From contig CAVQMT010000044.1 in the NCBI GenBank assembly GCA_963713655.1, forward strand, positions 6,686 to 70,685: 64,000 nt of DNA, written 5' to 3'. Below, one piece after another: positions 62,690-64,000 of the stretch (within the stretch, counting starts at the first letter, position 1; every line of letters begins with the position of its first letter). Origin of the DNA: an uncultured Acidobacteriota bacterium (GTDB lineage Bacteria; Acidobacteriota; Vicinamibacteria; Vicinamibacterales; UBA2999). The position numbers and the translations under genes are program-made. Under the pieces are notes generated by a model that was not told where the DNA came from, did not search any database, and was given only the letters and a program-made list of their open reading frames with translations.

Positions 62690-64000
62690 ATGTCGAAGAG
62701 AGAAGACGAGAGAGAAGATACCCGTGATCCGTTTGATCCCTCGGCGCAGGTGCCGTCGGTTCCGACCGGCCTGGACCGCCGAAAGTTCATCATGCGCAGC
62801 GCCGTGATCTCGGCAGCGGCAGTGATGAACGGCTGCGCGCGATCGGAGACCGAACAGAAGGCCCCGCCGCCAGTAGCCGAATCCGCAGCGGCCGATGCGC
62901 CCTCAGTCCCGTTGGCTGCCGACCTGAACGTGGTGATGAAGGCAAAGGGGCCGGTGTTGACGACCGCGGACGAGTTCTACAAGGTGGGACCTGGCCCTTC
63001 CAGTTCGCACACGATTGGTCCGATGCGCATCACCTACGATTTCTACCAGCGAGCGGCCAAACTGCCGGCCGACAAACTCGCCACGGCGACGAAGCTTCAG
63101 GTGAACTTGTTCGGAAGCCTCAGCGCGACAGGCAAGGGACACGGCACGGAACGAGCCGCGCTCGCAGGGCTCGTCGGGAAAGAACCGGCAACAGTCGACC
63201 CGAAGTTTCTGGACGGCTTGCGAGACAAGCCTGATCAGGTGTTCCCGGTGAAGCTGGGCAACAAGTCAATCAATGTGAGCCTCAAGGACGTCATCTACGA
63301 TGCGACCAAGGGCGACTTCAAGCACCCGAACACGATGACGGTCAAGCTCCTCGCCGGCAACGATGTGTTGCTCGAGCAGGAGTACTACTCGGTGGGCGGC
63401 GGATTCATCGAGTGGAAGGGGTATACGCCCCCGAAGAAGAACCCGCCGAAGTACCCGTTCGCGACGATGAAGGAACTGCGGGCCCACGCCGACAACAACA
63501 AGATCACGATCGCCAAGGTCATGCTTGCCAACGAGATGTCGATCGCGGGCAGGTCGGAAGAGGAGGTCAATGCCTTCATCGACAAGATCATCAACGCGAT
63601 GGTCGCGACGGTGAAATCGGGGCTGTCGATGCCGGAGGATGACGTGCTGCCCGGCCCGATCAAGCTGCACAGCAAGGCAGCGTCGGTTTACAAGCGCGCC
63701 AGGGACGACAAGTTCGAATCGGACCGCGGCATCGCCGGTCTGTCGGCGTTCGCGCTGGCGGCATCCGAAGAGAACGGGCGCGGACACCTCGTCATCACCG
63801 CTCCGACCGGCGGTTCAGCCGGTGTCATGCCGTCGCTGGTCTATGGGCTGATGGAGGTCCGAAAAGTCGACCGGCAGAAGGTCCGTGACGGCATGCTCGC
63901 GGCTGGGCGATCGGCTACCTCTGCAAGCACCATGCGACGCTGTCTGCGGCCGAGGGCGGCTGCCAGGCAGAGATCGGCGTGGCGTCGGCGATGGCTGCAG
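62690..64000 (+). CDS. sdaA: Iron-sulfur L-serine dehydratase (single-chain) with an N-terminal twin-arginine signal; runs off the window
   Basis: ATG 62690. LDRRKFIMRSAVISAAAVMNGC is a Tat-like leader. Also contains FYKVGPGPSSSHTIGPM, LFGSLSATGKGHGT, YYSVGGGFI and ITAPTGGSAGVMP. One frame hop occurs near 63903 (IGYLCKHHATLSAAEGGCQAEIGVASAMAA). Confidence 0.85.
   Translation, partial: MSKREDEREDTRDPFDPSAQVPSVPTGLDRRKFIMRSAVISAAAVMNGCARSETEQKAPPPVAESAAADAPSVPLAADLNVVMKAKGPVLTTADEFYKVGPGPSSSHTIGPMRITYDFYQRAAKLPADKLATATKLQVNLFGSLSATGKGHGTERAALAGLVGKEPATVDPKFLDGLRDKPDQVFPVKLGNKSINVSLKDVIYDATKGDFKHPNTMTVKLLAGNDVLLEQEYYSVGGGFIEWKGYTPPKKNPPKYPFATMKELRAHADNNKITIAKVMLANEMSIAGRSEEEVNAFIDKIINAMVATVKSGLSMPEDDVLPGPIKLHSKAASVYKRARDDKFESDRGIAGLSAFALAASEENGRGHLVITAPTGGSAGVMPSLVYGLMEVRKVDRQKVRDGMLAAGRSATSASTMRRCLRPRAAARQRSAWRRRWLQ

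Noticed and set aside
1-64000. A defence island, prophage, toxin-antitoxin or secretion-system locus, as hinted by the task framing.
   Set aside because: I found no nucleases, helicases, ATPases, reverse transcriptases, integrases, capsid or terminase genes, or toxin-antitoxin-sized gene pairs with recognisable motifs. The candidates I do report are envelope or periplasmic modules and repeat/RNA features, not defence systems.

Overview
This is a 64-kb, very GC-rich (roughly 70% by eye) bacterial chromosomal segment. It is most likely from an Acidobacteriota-type genome, based on a PadR regulator next to an ADOP-type duplicated orphan permease, an acidobacterial-type VWA protein, several PEGA-domain proteins and a DUF1800/DUF1501 pair.

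All assignments come from reading the translations and recognising motifs. No searches were run, so family names are recall-based.

Gene content:
- Redox and periplasmic metabolism: a PQQ methanol/ethanol-family dehydrogenase with a D-x-D lanthanide-type motif, c-type cytochromes, a porin, a PQQ sugar dehydrogenase, pirin and a WrbA-like protein.
- DNA end-joining: a stand-alone LigD polymerase domain and an ATP-dependent ligase.
- Envelope proteins: pseudokinase-PEGA, a TonB-C protein, coiled-coil-PEGA, an exported methyltransferase, NfeD and SPFH.
- A six-gene cluster of uncharacterised secreted paralogs (30.4-35.9 kb), followed by PadR and the ADOP permease.
- A Zn-peptidase/ATP-grasp pair, PepF and arginase.
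- hemE-hemY preceded by an orphan receiver domain; rpiB; a LysR regulator; an apparently orphan DNA methyltransferase.
- A DD-carboxypeptidase, fdhE, glgA, trxA, trxB, mnmA, and a Tat-signal L-serine dehydratase at the right edge.

I recognised no rRNA, tRNA, CRISPR array, transposase, integrase or phage gene.

Two global properties stand out:
1. Most longer genes can only be read by hopping between frames. There are many apparent frameshifts and they are unevenly distributed.
2. Many intergenic spacers and gene ends carry short tandem heptanucleotide arrays that fall into a few sequence families.

The best candidates for undescribed biology are the secreted paralog cluster at 30.4-35.9 kb, the envelope module at 22.7-30.1 kb, the heptamer arrays, and the 775-nt structured non-coding region upstream of the Tat-signal serine dehydratase. 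I found no clear, complete novel system (for example a defence island) and do not claim one.
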